From assembly GCF_018977255.1 (NCBI RefSeq), contig NW_024704760.1, forward strand, positions 3,162,001 to 3,226,000: a stretch of 64,000 bases of DNA, written 5' to 3'. The DNA comes from Callorhinchus milii (taxonomy: Eukaryota). Below, one piece after another: positions 24,239 to 36,300 of this stretch (positions within the stretch are counted from its first letter, which is position 1; every line of letters begins with the position of its first letter). The notes below the pieces were generated by a model, which was not told where the DNA came from, did no database searches, and was given only the letters and a program-made list of their open reading frames with translations. The translations under genes were made by a program, and so were the position numbers.

Positions 24239-26279
24239 ATGAAGGTTTTCGGTTCGTTCCTCTGCCTGACCATCGTGTCTGTTTTTGTCCTTCAACCTCT
24301 CGTTGCACAAAGCAAAAGGCTGCATTTTGGGAAATGTGCTTTGTCCGTCGACTTACCCGAAATCAGAGAGTACTTCTCAGCAATCAGACAAACAGTGGTA
24401 AGTACAGAATATGCAGTTACTACACCTTACAGCGAATCCTGTACAAGCAATTTGAGTCCTCTGCCTGACGTGAAAGGCTCTGTATCAAATGCAAGAGTAG
24501 TTATTATTGTTAATATTGTGACATACATCAGGGTACACCCCTTCCCATATGTAACTCGCTTTGAATCTAATTATTAGAAAACAGTAATGTAAAATATTAC
24601 AATGATTTTGTCTCAACAGCAAGCGGAAGATGTATCTGGGCACTTGAGGCTCCTGAGTAAATCTACATTTCATGGCATTCAGGTACTGCAAATACCCATC
24701 ATTCTGCTTACAATATAAACACCATCCACTGTGCACTGCTCCGTAATTCAAGTGTTATATTTTGTGGGTGAAACGCGGCAGCCAATTGCGCACAACAATA
24801 TACCACAAAATCCACAGTCGATTCACTTTACCGCATATTCTGTGAAGCGCTTTGGAACATCTGGAATATTAATATTATTATTACCCTCGATTCGGCTTAT
24901 CAGAATATTGTATTGATTTCTCCTTTTCAGGCTGAGGACAGCTGCTGCTTTCTGCGCCACTTGTTGAGATTCTACGTGGAGAACGTGTTCAAACACTACA
25001 CACCAACCAGCGACCTTATCAAGAGGAAGACGAGCAGCCTGGCTAACTCCTTCCTCAGCGTCAAGAGAGATCTTCGACAATGCGTAAGTAACAAGACCGC
25101 ACAGAAGGTCACCTCATGTCCTCAATTGCGCGAAATTAAATTTCATGGGGCAAGCTTTAAAAAAAAAATCTATATAATATATAGGTATAAAATACGGATT
25201 CAGCCCCTCAATAAAATTCTCCCCAACAGTGAGCTTTGCATTCCCTAATGACATTTTGACATAACCCACCCATTGAGGGTTTTAATCTGGAATGAGCCGT
25301 TTTGCAAACGCTTCTTTGGCTGCGAGTGCAGTCTTTCACAATTTAACTTTTTTTTAGTAACGTAAGTGGGAAACCCGGTTGTTAGTCGATTGGCGAATCG
25401 CTTCCTGGGGTAACAATTCACTTTAAAATATATTCTGTGAAGCGCACTGAGAACGTCTCAACGGCGTGATAAGTCGCTATGTCAAATGCGAGGATTGTTA
25501 TTATTATAATTTTCAACATCAGCAAAACATTAAGCCGCGTACTCTGAAATGTTATTGTTCACAATGGCAAGTGTCACATTTATTGCAAAAATCATTTGTG
25601 GTGTTTTTATTACACAGACCTCTGTGACATCTGCTCCTTTGGTTTTTACTCAAGTAGTGATGGGGGTTACATCAGTTCTCATTGTAGTTTGCTTCCTCCA
25701 ACAGCACGCCCATGGTAAATGCCATTGCGGCGAAGATGCCAAAACTCGGATGGACAATATCCAGGAAACATATGAAGAGGTAAGTTGAACCATTTTTCCT
25801 TTCCTGCATTTGGAACACTATTCTCGCAGTGATAAACGCCAACACCAACTTGCATTTATGTAACACCCTTCACACAGCGTAACGTTTCAGAACGCATTAC
25901 ACTTTGTATAGCGCCTTTCACGTCCCAAGGCGCTGGACAGTCAGGGATTTGGACCCGAGCTGGGGGTTGCGATCAGGAAGGGTAGAGGGAAGGGAGGGTT
26001 GGCGTAGGATGACTGAAGAACGCTTATAAAATTCAAGAGAGACAATCTCCTGCAAACAAAAAATAAATCACATTAAATTGACACAAACTAAATACTAGAA
26101 GTGCAACATTAAGAGTGGAGGAAAAACAGAAGATAAGCAATAGCTGATATTTTTGGAGCTTTCACTATAAATTATTAATTCATCAATCTCTTCTTTTTCA
26201 GCTGAATCAGAATGCGGCTGTTGTTAAAGCCATCGGTGAAATCGATATTCTCATACACTGGATGGAAAATTTTGATTAG
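24239..26279 (+). CDS. IL-10-family cytokine, IL-19/IL-20-like paralog B, 175 aa; coding exons 24239-24397, 24620-24682, 24931-25083, 25705-25779, 26202-26279
   Basis: Same exon sizes as paralog A for exons 1-4 (159/63/153/75 nt), all phase 0. Signal peptide MKVFGSFLCLTIVSVFVLQPLVAQS; six mature cysteines; KAIGEIDILIHWME family signature. Confidence 0.93.
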
Positions 26280-26831
26280 AAATAGGCACCGCCTTGCACT
26301 GCAAAGCATGAATGACACAGCAACACACTATCTTAAATACTTCCATAAGGAAATTGTATCTGTTGTTTAAAACTTTTTATTTAATGAATTTGTTTTGTCC
26401 CTCGCACCCACCCTCGATATAAGGCTCTCTCCAATAATGGCACTAGCCTTGTCATAAAGTTGCTCTTGATTTTCATATTCTATTGCATGTTGAGATGTGA
26501 TAAATTGTAAAATGTTTCTTATCATTAGAGTTGGAATTGTTCAGCTTCTGAATACTGATTTTACAGTATTACATTTGCTAAGTAAAGTAACTTACATTTG
26601 TTCAGTTCTTAACATGATACTTGTGTTACATGGACAGACATGGAGTATTTGCTGAAGATATTTCTAATTAATTTAGCAAGATTATGTTTAAAACCGTGTT
26701 TCATGGATGGAACGAGGACTAGTACGTACATATTGTACAGACTATTGTTTGGTATTGCATTAAGACTTATGGATGTCGCCATAAGAACATTGTTATTGAG
26801 ATTCCTATGTTGTTTGTAGTGCATTTATTGA

Positions 26832-26837
26832 AATAAA
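26832..26837 (+). terminator. Likely poly(A) signal of paralog B
   Basis: AATAAA about 550 nt downstream of the stop codon. Confidence 0.5.
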
Positions 26838-27718
26838 ATACTTATGGAATTATGACCTCTCTGACTGTATTCTGATTGTATTCAACTGTGTTCGTGCTTC
26901 ATAGAAACACAAAAAATAGGTGTTGCAATATTCTTTTAGAGGAACACCCAAAAATGTGATCAACAACATAGATACCATCAATCCACTAATTGCTTCTCCC
27001 ATAAAGATATGCCATCTATCACCAACACTTACTGCAGTGACACACATCAGTAATGTTGGAAGAATAACAGAAGAAACATAATACGTAAACCCCCATGACG
27101 ACATAACTGCAGCATTAGTTTGGTATGGTTCATTCACATACATATACCCAGGAGAAAAGGGTTTTGACCATTTGACATTTTGCCCGGAGGAAATATAGAA
27201 ATTATTTTTGTCACTTGTGGTAGTTTTCTATTTCCATCACATTAACAATGAGGATATTCTGCCTTTGCAGGATTTCCTGGGTGGCAAGACTGACATAATG
27301 TGTTTTTTTCTAATGGGTGTTTCTTGTTGTTTTGCTGGATGAGAGGTGTGGCTCTTCCTGTTTATTTTAGTTAAGCACATTGTCACATTCAGGTATTTCT
27401 GTGTGACGAGATAAGTGTGGAAAATTTCTGTGCATTTTTGCGTTCACAAAGGGAGACAAACCCTAGACAGGTCCCGCCTGAGAGAATTATTCCACTGTAA
27501 ATTACACTCAGGTAGAAAAATACTGCAGCAGATAAAATCTGCTAAAATCCTGAAAACCAAGTCCCTTGTTTTCCTGACCTGTTTGTCATACAATTGCAAT
27601 CAGTGCTTAAAGATTAACATAATTTTGTTATTACTGTCAGTCATTTTAAAATCCAATGGCGATAAAATTGCTAACCTTTCACCATTCAGTTTTGGTGTGC
27701 AACTGAACAATCAAGGGT

Positions 27719-27724
27719 TTTATT
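27719..27724 (-). terminator. Likely poly(A) signal of ATP5PB
   Basis: TTTATT on + (AATAAA on -) about 245 nt past the stop codon. Confidence 0.55.
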
Positions 27725-27968
27725 CAAAACATTTCTAAAGTAGAATGTATGAGCTCACAAAACACAGGGCAGTTCGGAAAATAAGTCAATGTAGAGCTGT
27801 CACGTATAAGTCTATTAGCACAGTATTTAATATTTTTTTCTTCTGGTATACAGAAACATTTCATTCACCAGTTTGTTGTTGGGGAAATTAGATAGTTATT
27901 ATTCAGTCCAAAGCGAAACATTTCTTCCGTCAGGCTGCCCAAAGGTAGCAAATGTTCAGAGTTCAGAG

Positions 27969-30900
27969 TCAGACCCTCGCCTGAGCAGTCTTGGACAGTG
28001 CTTTAAGGTCAGAGATGCACTTTGCAATGCTCTCTTTATCCTGCCAAGAGAAAAGCAGATTTTAGTACAATCATTCAAAAGGTTCTAAGTTCTACATGGG
28101 GGGGAAGAAACGTTGGCTCATTTATATGCATCTTAATTGTTAAATTCAATCAAGCCTCTCATTTAGCTCAGCGCTCCAGGGCAAATCCCATGATCCTGTT
28201 CGAAAAAACGAGGGGCGGTTCTCCGAATCGAATAGACAATTGGTCATTTTGGGGGGGATTTTGTTGGTGCAAATGACTGCCGCGTTTATCTCCACAATCA
28301 CTGCACTTGACAACAATTTCTTCTGAAATTGTGTGAATGTTGCTCTCAAAATGAAATCCTTTCAAATTCTCGTCTCTTCTATTTTGCAACAATGCTATGA
28401 AATGCTTTGTCATCCACCTGAAGCCAGGCAGACATCGCTTGAGCATCTCAGCAGAAAGCTGGCTCCTCCAAAGTGCAAGACTTCCTTAAAACCAGCAGCT
28501 GAAATCCCGACATGGGGGGGGGGGGGGGGGCGGGGGAGACTTGAACCCAAAACTCCTCGTCCAAACTAACATCTGCTTGATAGAGCACTGGCAAACACGG
28601 GGTGATAGTGGAAAGACAACATGAAGAGCCAGGCATAGAACATACTTAGTATTCATTTTTAGTAGATTGGATGGGTCTATCAAATTAATGATTTCCAGAC
28701 AGATATTATGTATATTTCAAAAAGCTCTCCGGCATTGTCCAATCTTACACTTGTGCTCTTTCCCCCAACAACTCATTCTGAGTTGTATTGCTATGCTACC
28801 TGTTTCTCCCAAAATACTAGCGAAATATTAACCCATTCATTTCTCTGGTTTCTTCCCCTCACCTGTTGCGGGGTCAGGCTCTGAATTATGCTTTTCTCCA
28901 CCCAGTTCACCATATACTCTTGTTCAAGTCTTTGCTTCAGGTGCTGCAAACCGATTTGGTAATCCATGCGTTTCTTCACTCCGGTGTGTACCTGGTGGAT
29001 CCGTTCCCGGTAGTTGGCTTCCAGCAACATGGTGACATTGTTCTGCAAACCACAAATAAAAGCATTTTAGTTGACTGCACCCGCACATCTCAACATCACA
29101 TCATTGCACTCAGTTCCCCCACCCCTTGATGATTCCAATTCACATAAAGATACAATTGTACAGTCCCATAGACAGGTTTCTGCACACTCCCTCTCCAATA
29201 AGTGGTCATTCTGCGCATGAGCCCAGTCTATTCGTCTGTGAGGCGTAATCATTTTTGATATCAGTTGACATTAACCCAAATCCACTTTCCATTGAGGACA
29301 CTGGATAGCATTCTGAATTTCTAGCCAATTCCCACTCAGGGGAGCAGATACTGCCCACAAAATACAGGTACATCACATCAGAGTACATTCTGTGATGCAC
29401 GTTGAGACCTCGATGATATGATAAGGCACTCTATCAAATGCAAGGTTTATTAGTAGTATTGATAAGACTATTTTAACCCTTTTGTGTATAATAGTCAACA
29501 CGGGTGGATTTTCTTTTAAAACACACACTCATTATGTGGTACTTATTAATATTGTTTTCATATAACCAGGAATTATGTTTGTGCTGAAAGGTTACTTAAT
29601 TAATGAAGTTTATTACAGACTTTAAGTGATTGGTTGCACAAAATTCATTAGAAACCATTTTATCTCTAATGTATCAGTGCTTGCTAAATGAGAGAACAAC
29701 AACAACAAATTACACTTGTATAGTGACCTTCACATCGAAAACATGTCCCAGGGCGCTGGACAGTCAGGGGTTTTTGGACCCGATCTGGGAGTTGAGACAA
29801 AACTGGGCTGAGGCAAACCAGAAACATTCACAGAAACACTGTAGATAAGAGCGTTAGCAAAATGCATTCCCACCCGCTTTGCGTCAAACAGGTAATTACG
29901 GCCTTCGACTCGCCACTGCTCTTTTTTCTCATTGTCGATGGATTGCATCAGGTTATTCATGGTCGCATCCTTCACCTCTTGAATTTCTGCAACTTTCGCC
30001 TGTTTTGTTTAAGTAGAAGAGAGAACTGAATATGGGTGGAAATGTAACAAATGATTCAATATTTATTAACAGACTATCCTTTAAGTGACTCTGGCAATTT
30101 CTTACCATATTCAGTTTGTCAGCAAATTCTGCTACAGTCTTTCCATATGTTTTAATTGCATAGAGGATGACAATGCCAACGGATAGACCTGATATTGTCT
30201 CATAGTTAAGGACGTAGATTTCTTTTGAGAGAAGGTACACCAGGAGTCCAGTGCCAAACATATAAGGACCTAAAATGGGCAAAGAGGGAAAAAATTAAAC
30301 ATAGAAAAGGGTACAAAATTCATTAAATATAACAACAGAGCTTCCTTCTAGTCATAATGTTCCATTCGAACCAGATTCATTTATCTTTATGTATTATAAT
30401 TTGAGACGAGAGGCTGTTTTAAGTATATATGTAATCTGAGACAGCAAAAGAACAAATTACATTTGTATAGTGCCTTTTACGTTGTGAGGATGTTCTGAAG
30501 CACTAGACAGTCAAGGATGTGCCCCCGAGCCGTGAATTGGGATCAGGAGAAGGGAAGGATAGGAAATAGGAGGGTGACCGAAGGCACGGTCGAAGCGGAA
30601 AGTCTTGAGGTAGGCCTTGAAGGAGGCAAGTGAGGGGGAAAGGAGGGAAAATATATAAGGATGGTCTACATTAGTTTACAAAACAACTAAACAGGGTTGA
30701 GACTAATCTCACATTGAACAATTCAAACTATTTTGAGAATCTATTTTACTGACCGGTTACTCCAGTCTTGGGGTACAAGAACTGGAAGAATTCCTCTGGA
30801 ACGAACCCATAGCGCACTTTGCCTCCTTTCTCAGGAAGTGCTGGTACAGGTGCCTTAGACTGGTGACTGGTGTGGAGGTTCCTGAACACTGGCAAAACAC

Positions 30901-32606
30901 TGGGAACAGAATCCAAATCAGCATTGTAAATACCTTTGCAGCTTAGTGCAGAATAAAAGAAAATAGCTAGAAATTTCCATTTACTTCAAATAGATGAAAA
31001 ATTACTAACCTGACAGGTGCCGCTGACTTCAGAGCAGACACTGGAAAAAAAGGATTTTACAAATGCATAAAACTGGAATGAGTTCAGATTGTCTTCAAAC
31101 AATGGACCGAATCATAAATTAATTGTGATCAAGGAGATAGATCTCGGTTTATGGTGAAACACTGTCATAGCAGGCACAAAGTAACCAGATTGATCACTCC
31201 CAAAACAGGTCTGCTCTATGTTCGAATCAACCCTGTGTCCTAAATCCAACCAGCAAAGAGCTTGTCCTACTACACCAGTAGACAATCCTTCTTTGGGAAG
31301 TTAAGTGAGGTCCACTTTGGAGCTGAGCTGGCTCAATGACGTGTCTGGCACAATCTCTCGCTCAAACTCATCCTGTCACTTGGGGTTCATAGTAGTAACA
31401 ACAATAACAAGCAATAATCCTTGCATTTGGTACAGGGCCTTATCATGTCATTGAGACGTCTCAAAGCAAATACCGTGCAAATACTGTGTATTTTGTGGAC
31501 GGGCGAAGAATGGCAGCCAGTTTGCCCACAGCAATTCTCGAATAAACAGCCACGGAGTGAGCGGCCAATTTTATTTGGGGGAAGGGGATTGCGGACGAGG
31601 ACACCAGGAGCGAGAAACTCCCTTCTCATTTCGAACAGCGCCACGGGATCCTTAACGTCCACCCGAACAGGCAGACGGGAATTCGGTTCAACGTTCCAAA
31701 CCCGAAGGACGGCACCTCCGGAGATGCAACGCAACCCCAAGCGCTGCGCCCGGAGCTTCGGCCTAAGACGGCGCAATTGCAAGTCCGACGTGGGCGGGTC
31801 GTGAACCCAAAACCTTCCGACTCAAGAGAGAGAGGCCGGAGCCCTACCGCGACTGAGCCAGACTGACACACACACACATATATATATACACACACACACA
31901 TCACCACCACCGTGCAAAACACACAGAGAAGCCCTGAACCTTTCTGCTTGTGGCAGTGTAGCGGGGGGGGGGGGGGGGGGGGCAGGCTTGGTCCTGAAGA
32001 CAGAGAGAGACACCTTTGTGTGTGTGTGTGTGTGAGAGAGAGACCGACCTTAGCCTTGGCCCTCGCTGTGGAGTCGGGCTGGTGGGCATCTCACACATAA
32101 TAATAATAATAATAATCCTTGCATTTGATATAGCGCTTTTCACGTCGGGAGGACGTCCCAAAGCGCTTCACAGAACACACTGTAAAGTGAATTGACTGTA
32201 TATTTGTGGGCGAACGCGGCAGCCAATTGCGCACAGCAATGTCCCACAAACAGTCGTAGATTGAAAATGACCAATTTATTATTGTTTTTTTGGAGGGATT
32301 ATTATTAGGCTCTGTGTGGAGTAAGGAAACTTGCCCGAGGTTTCGCCCTCTGCCTGGAATTGAACTCAGGTCTCTCACTTGCAAAGCGAGTGCTCTAACC
32401 ACTGAGCTACAGGACTCCACGATGGGGCGGGGGGGGGGGGGTGGGGGTACTTCAGTGGCTGTCAATGGCTTGAGACACCGCGTTCGCAGTCTCTGGCCTC
32501 CTGTCTGACAGCCCAGGCTCAGGCCCAGGCCCCCCCTCACCACCTCCGTGTCCTTGTTGTGACCCAGACCCTTACCGGAAGCGAGTGCGGCGGCGCGGGA
32601 CAGCAT
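27969..32606 (-). CDS. ATP5PB: ATP synthase peripheral stalk subunit b (ATP5F1/ATP5PB), 249 aa; exons 32576-32606, 31010-31040, 30754-30899, 30106-30269, 29874-29999, 28863-29042, 27969-28040
   Basis: Spliced translation [15 protein letters not shown]...[33 protein letters not shown]...LSKEIYVLN...EANYRER...VKKRMDYQ...MVNWVEKS...[14 protein letters not shown]. Seven exons, 750 nt, phases consistent. Confidence 0.97.
31415..31870 (-). mobile_element. Deu-domain-like SINE (SacSINE1/AmnSINE-type core), near full length
   Basis: Core GGTGCCGTCCTTCGGG...GGTGGACGTTAAGGATCCCGTGGCGCTGTTCGAA...GGTGTCCT. Related copies near 840-1110, 2050-2260, 5040-5310, 9690-10125, 16690-17060, 58810-59020, 59590-59850. 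Confidence 0.65.
32097..32420 (-). mobile_element. Full-length young tRNA-derived SINE in ATP5PB intron 1
   Basis: Same family as 18971-19300. Confidence 0.9.
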
Positions 32607-33369
32607 TTTTTTTTTCTCTTCCCTCCCTCTCTCGTTGTATTTTACGGCCGCCCCCGCGGGTTGGGGGTGTCAGGAGGAAAGACGGTGACCGGCCCCCGTC
32701 GCGCAGCGAATGCTCCCGTCTTCCTCCCTCCGACCTCTCGCTCTCTCCGTCGCTCTCCAGCGTCCAAAATGGCGGCGGTGGGGTGGGAACTGGGTAATCT
32801 CGCGATGGGTGTGTCAGGAGGGCGAAGGGGTGGGGGGAAAGGGGAGGAGATCTCGCGAGAGCTGTGTGTGTGTGTGTGTGTGTGTCGTCAGGAGAGCGGG
32901 GCGGGGAGGAGGGGGGAGATCTCGCGAGATCTATGGTAAGGAGGTGCGGGGGGGGGAGAGAGGAGGATCTCTCCTCCTCCTTCCCCCCACCCTTCCTTAC
33001 CATAGATCTCGCGAGATCTCCTCCTCCTCTCTCTCTCCCCCCCACCTCCCCTTACGAGGGATCTCGCGAGATCTGCGCGCGCAGATGGGGGGGCGGCGGC
33101 GGCGGGAGATTCTCGCGAGAGCTCCGCGCGTGTGTGCGTGTGTGTGTGTGTGTGTGAGGGGCGGGGGGGGGGGGGGAGTGGGAGGAAATCCCGCGAGAGA
33201 GAGGTGGGGAGGAGGCGCGCGCGGAAGAGCCTGCGTGCGTGCGGTGCGTGCGTAGGTGCGGTGCGTGCGTGCGTAGGTGCGCGCACGCGCGGCGCCGGTT
33301 GGCGGCGGCGGCGGCTCGAGCCCTACCCCCCACCCCCCCCCCCCCCAAAAAAAAAGAGAGAGCGAGAGC
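32607..33369. promoter_or_regulatory. CpG-island bidirectional promoter of ATP5PB/WDR77
   Basis: 763 bp between divergent ATGs, CpG-rich. Five perfect TCTCGCGAGA palindromes (32851, 32920, 33007, 33062, 33111); YY1-type CAAAATGGCGGC 32765-32776. Confidence 0.85.
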
Positions 33370-36300
33370 ATGGAGAACCCGTGGAACATTCCCCCCAACG
33401 CGCCCGCCTGCATGGAGCGGCACATCGACACGCTTCACTACAGGAACGGTAAGACGCCTTCTCCCCCCCCCCCCCCAGAGAGAGAGGGAGAGGGAGAGGG
33501 GGGGGGTTATATATATTATATATATATATGTTGTGGGTGTTTGACTCACTTCCCCGCCCGCCCGCCCGCCATGCTGACCCGCTCCAGCGCGATCTCAAGT
33601 GCATCGTTTTTCTTTCTTCCCTCTTTCTCACCTCACTCCCCCCCCCTCTCCCCCCACACACACAGACCCCCCCACAGACCCCCCCCCACACACACAGACC
33701 CCCTCCCCCCCACACACACACACACACAGACCCCCCCCCACACAGACAGACCCCCCCCCACACACACACAGACCCCCCCCCCCACACACACAGACCCCCC
33801 CCCCACACAGACCCCCACACACACACACACACACCTCCCCATCGGTGGACGAACACCGGCCTCTCTTTGTACTGTGCGCTCGTCGGACACGTTCTGAGTG
33901 TGACACCAAAGCCACTGAATCACCGCCTGTCCACTCCCTGCAGAGCAACACAGTGCAGTCACTGTGTGCCCAGACATCAGGTGCTGTTGTGGTTTTGATT
34001 TCATTCCTAATAAAAGTTTTTCTCTTTTTTTTTGGGGGGGGGGGGGTGGGGTGTGGTGGGGTGTTTGCAGATGGAGCCCTTTTACTTGGTGCCTCGACCT
34101 TGACTGGACGCAGTTGGTTGGGTTCGATCTGGGTTTTTAAGGATCCGCTCAAGGCTCCAAATGAAGAGTTCTGCACCGTTGGTGTCCAGACAGAGGCAGG
34201 GGTGGTAGATACCTGTTGGGTCTCCGACCGAGGAATCCTTGTGGCATCGGATTCGGGTAAGTTTGGCGCAAAGAAGTCCTTTGATGAATTTGGCTATTTA
34301 ACCACGTGATGCGTTGAGGGAGAGTTCGGGTGAACGGTATTTGGTATCGCGCCAGAACTCGAGCCTTATTGTCCAGCGCCCTGCGACATCTTTCCGACGT
34401 GACGGCGGCTGATACAAGTGTAATTTGTTGTTGCGCATCATCAAGATATCTCGAAGTGCTTCGCAGAAATTACAGTAAGGTGTAGTGACTGGATTTTGTA
34501 GGTGAGCGCGGCATCAATTTAAGCATCAGCCCCGCAATATCCTGCAAACAGCCGTGAAGTATGCAATCAGTTTTATCTGAAGGGCTATTTGCCAGGACAT
34601 GGGAGAAATTCCCTTCTCTTAATAAGCTATGAAATGAGTTGTAATACAGAAATTAATTAAGGTTTACAAGCTGTATTTTCCCACAAATATGTTTTTAAAT
34701 TCATGACATTACTTGGAATGGAAGCGAGCTTTACTTGAGCTGTGTGCTTGTAGAGTTAGTCTTATGGAATTATATTAATTTGAGAGAGCTGATCTTTATT
34801 TACTTTGACTTCAGGTGCTGTGGAATTATGGGAGGTATCTGAGAGCGAAGCCCTAATGATGAACAAGTTCTGTAAATATGAGCACGATGACATTGTTACT
34901 AAAGTGAGCGTGCTGTCTGGCAAAACACATGCAGTCAGCGGCAGTCTAGATTGCAGGTTTGTACCATTAGCCTCTTTGTGTTGTTAACTCCCTTTTGAAT
35001 TTCCTCAGTTCAAACTTCTCATACCATAACCTTCTCGAATGGTACATTTGAGTCCTGAGTTTGTGTCATCTTATTACTCTTAAGTCTATCTGCGATGAAA
35101 GTCTTATCAGAAAACTGGAATGGAGGCAATGTTTAATTTTTAGTATCACAACAGTACACAAGTAATCAGTATCTCACAACTCACAATTATATTAGGTAAG
35201 CCACTTAATACAATTTTAAATGTGAATTTAAATAGCAGTAACATTCTTAACTGCTTTATCTATATCACTTAATGTCTAACTTTGATTGTGGATGACTAAA
35301 CGCAATGAACACTATAATAACCGTTTGCTTTGTTTTGTTAGTGTGAAGGTTTGGGACTTAGAACAGCACACTGTGGTCAACTCTTACAGAGGTGAGTGGA
35401 AGCGCACAATACAAAGCTTGTGAGCAGCCATTATTTTATTGAATTACGTGGGCTATATAATTGGTGAACAGTTCTATTGTACTGAAGAAGTTTAAACCAA
35501 CCAGGCTTTGCACATCTGCAATTCAATTTGAATAGAATTTTTGCCGTGCATGAAGTTTGAACAGTTTTAGGAGGTTTTAATTTGTCAAGAACTAGTTACT
35601 CAGATGATAACTGTCCATTATGTATTAATTGATTATTGACTGGTTTCTACCTGCAGCTCACTCTAGGTCCGTGACGTATGTAGCTTCCTGTCCCAGCAAT
35701 GAGAGTCTCTTCTTGTCTTGTGGTCAGGTAAAGAAAAACGCATCAAATGTAGAGTTAATCTGCCTACTGCTTTTGTTTGTGGCCAGCCCAGAATTGTTTT
35801 ACATATTCAATATCCATTATAAGTTTCAAGTTGGATATGTTTTGTTATGGGAATGTATGTTTGCAAAAAAAAGTTAGCTATAAATTAGAAATGTTCAGAA
35901 TCTTACCACGTTTTCAATTTGGGGTGTGTAATTAACCGTCGACAATCTTTCACACATCTACTCAAGCGGTTTGAATCAGAATTCTAGTTGGCTTGCATAC
36001 TTTGAATCTAAAAGTGATTTTTTGCACTGCTCATAAGTACATGCAACAACAACTTTCATTGATATAGCACCCTTCATTCGGGGTAGCATCTCAAAGCACT
36101 CAACAGTGGTGGAACCTGATACCAAGCCTTGGGAGGGGCTGGTGACCGTTCAAAGAGGACGGTCTTTAGGCATGATCTGAAAATGGAGAAGGAGGGATTG
36201 AGGGAGACATTTCCAAAGTTTCAGGGTGTAATGACTGAAAGCACTCCGCCGATTATTACGTGCAGTCTACCTATCATTTTTATTCTTCTGAAAGAATAGG

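Noticed and set aside
32769-32797. AAAATGGCGGCG as an upstream WDR77 start codon
   Set aside because: No WDR77 similarity in that frame; better explained as a YY1-type motif.
32559-34309. Many overlapping ORFs on both strands
   Set aside because: Products of the GC-rich promoter and simple repeats; only the ATP5PB and WDR77 exons are supported.
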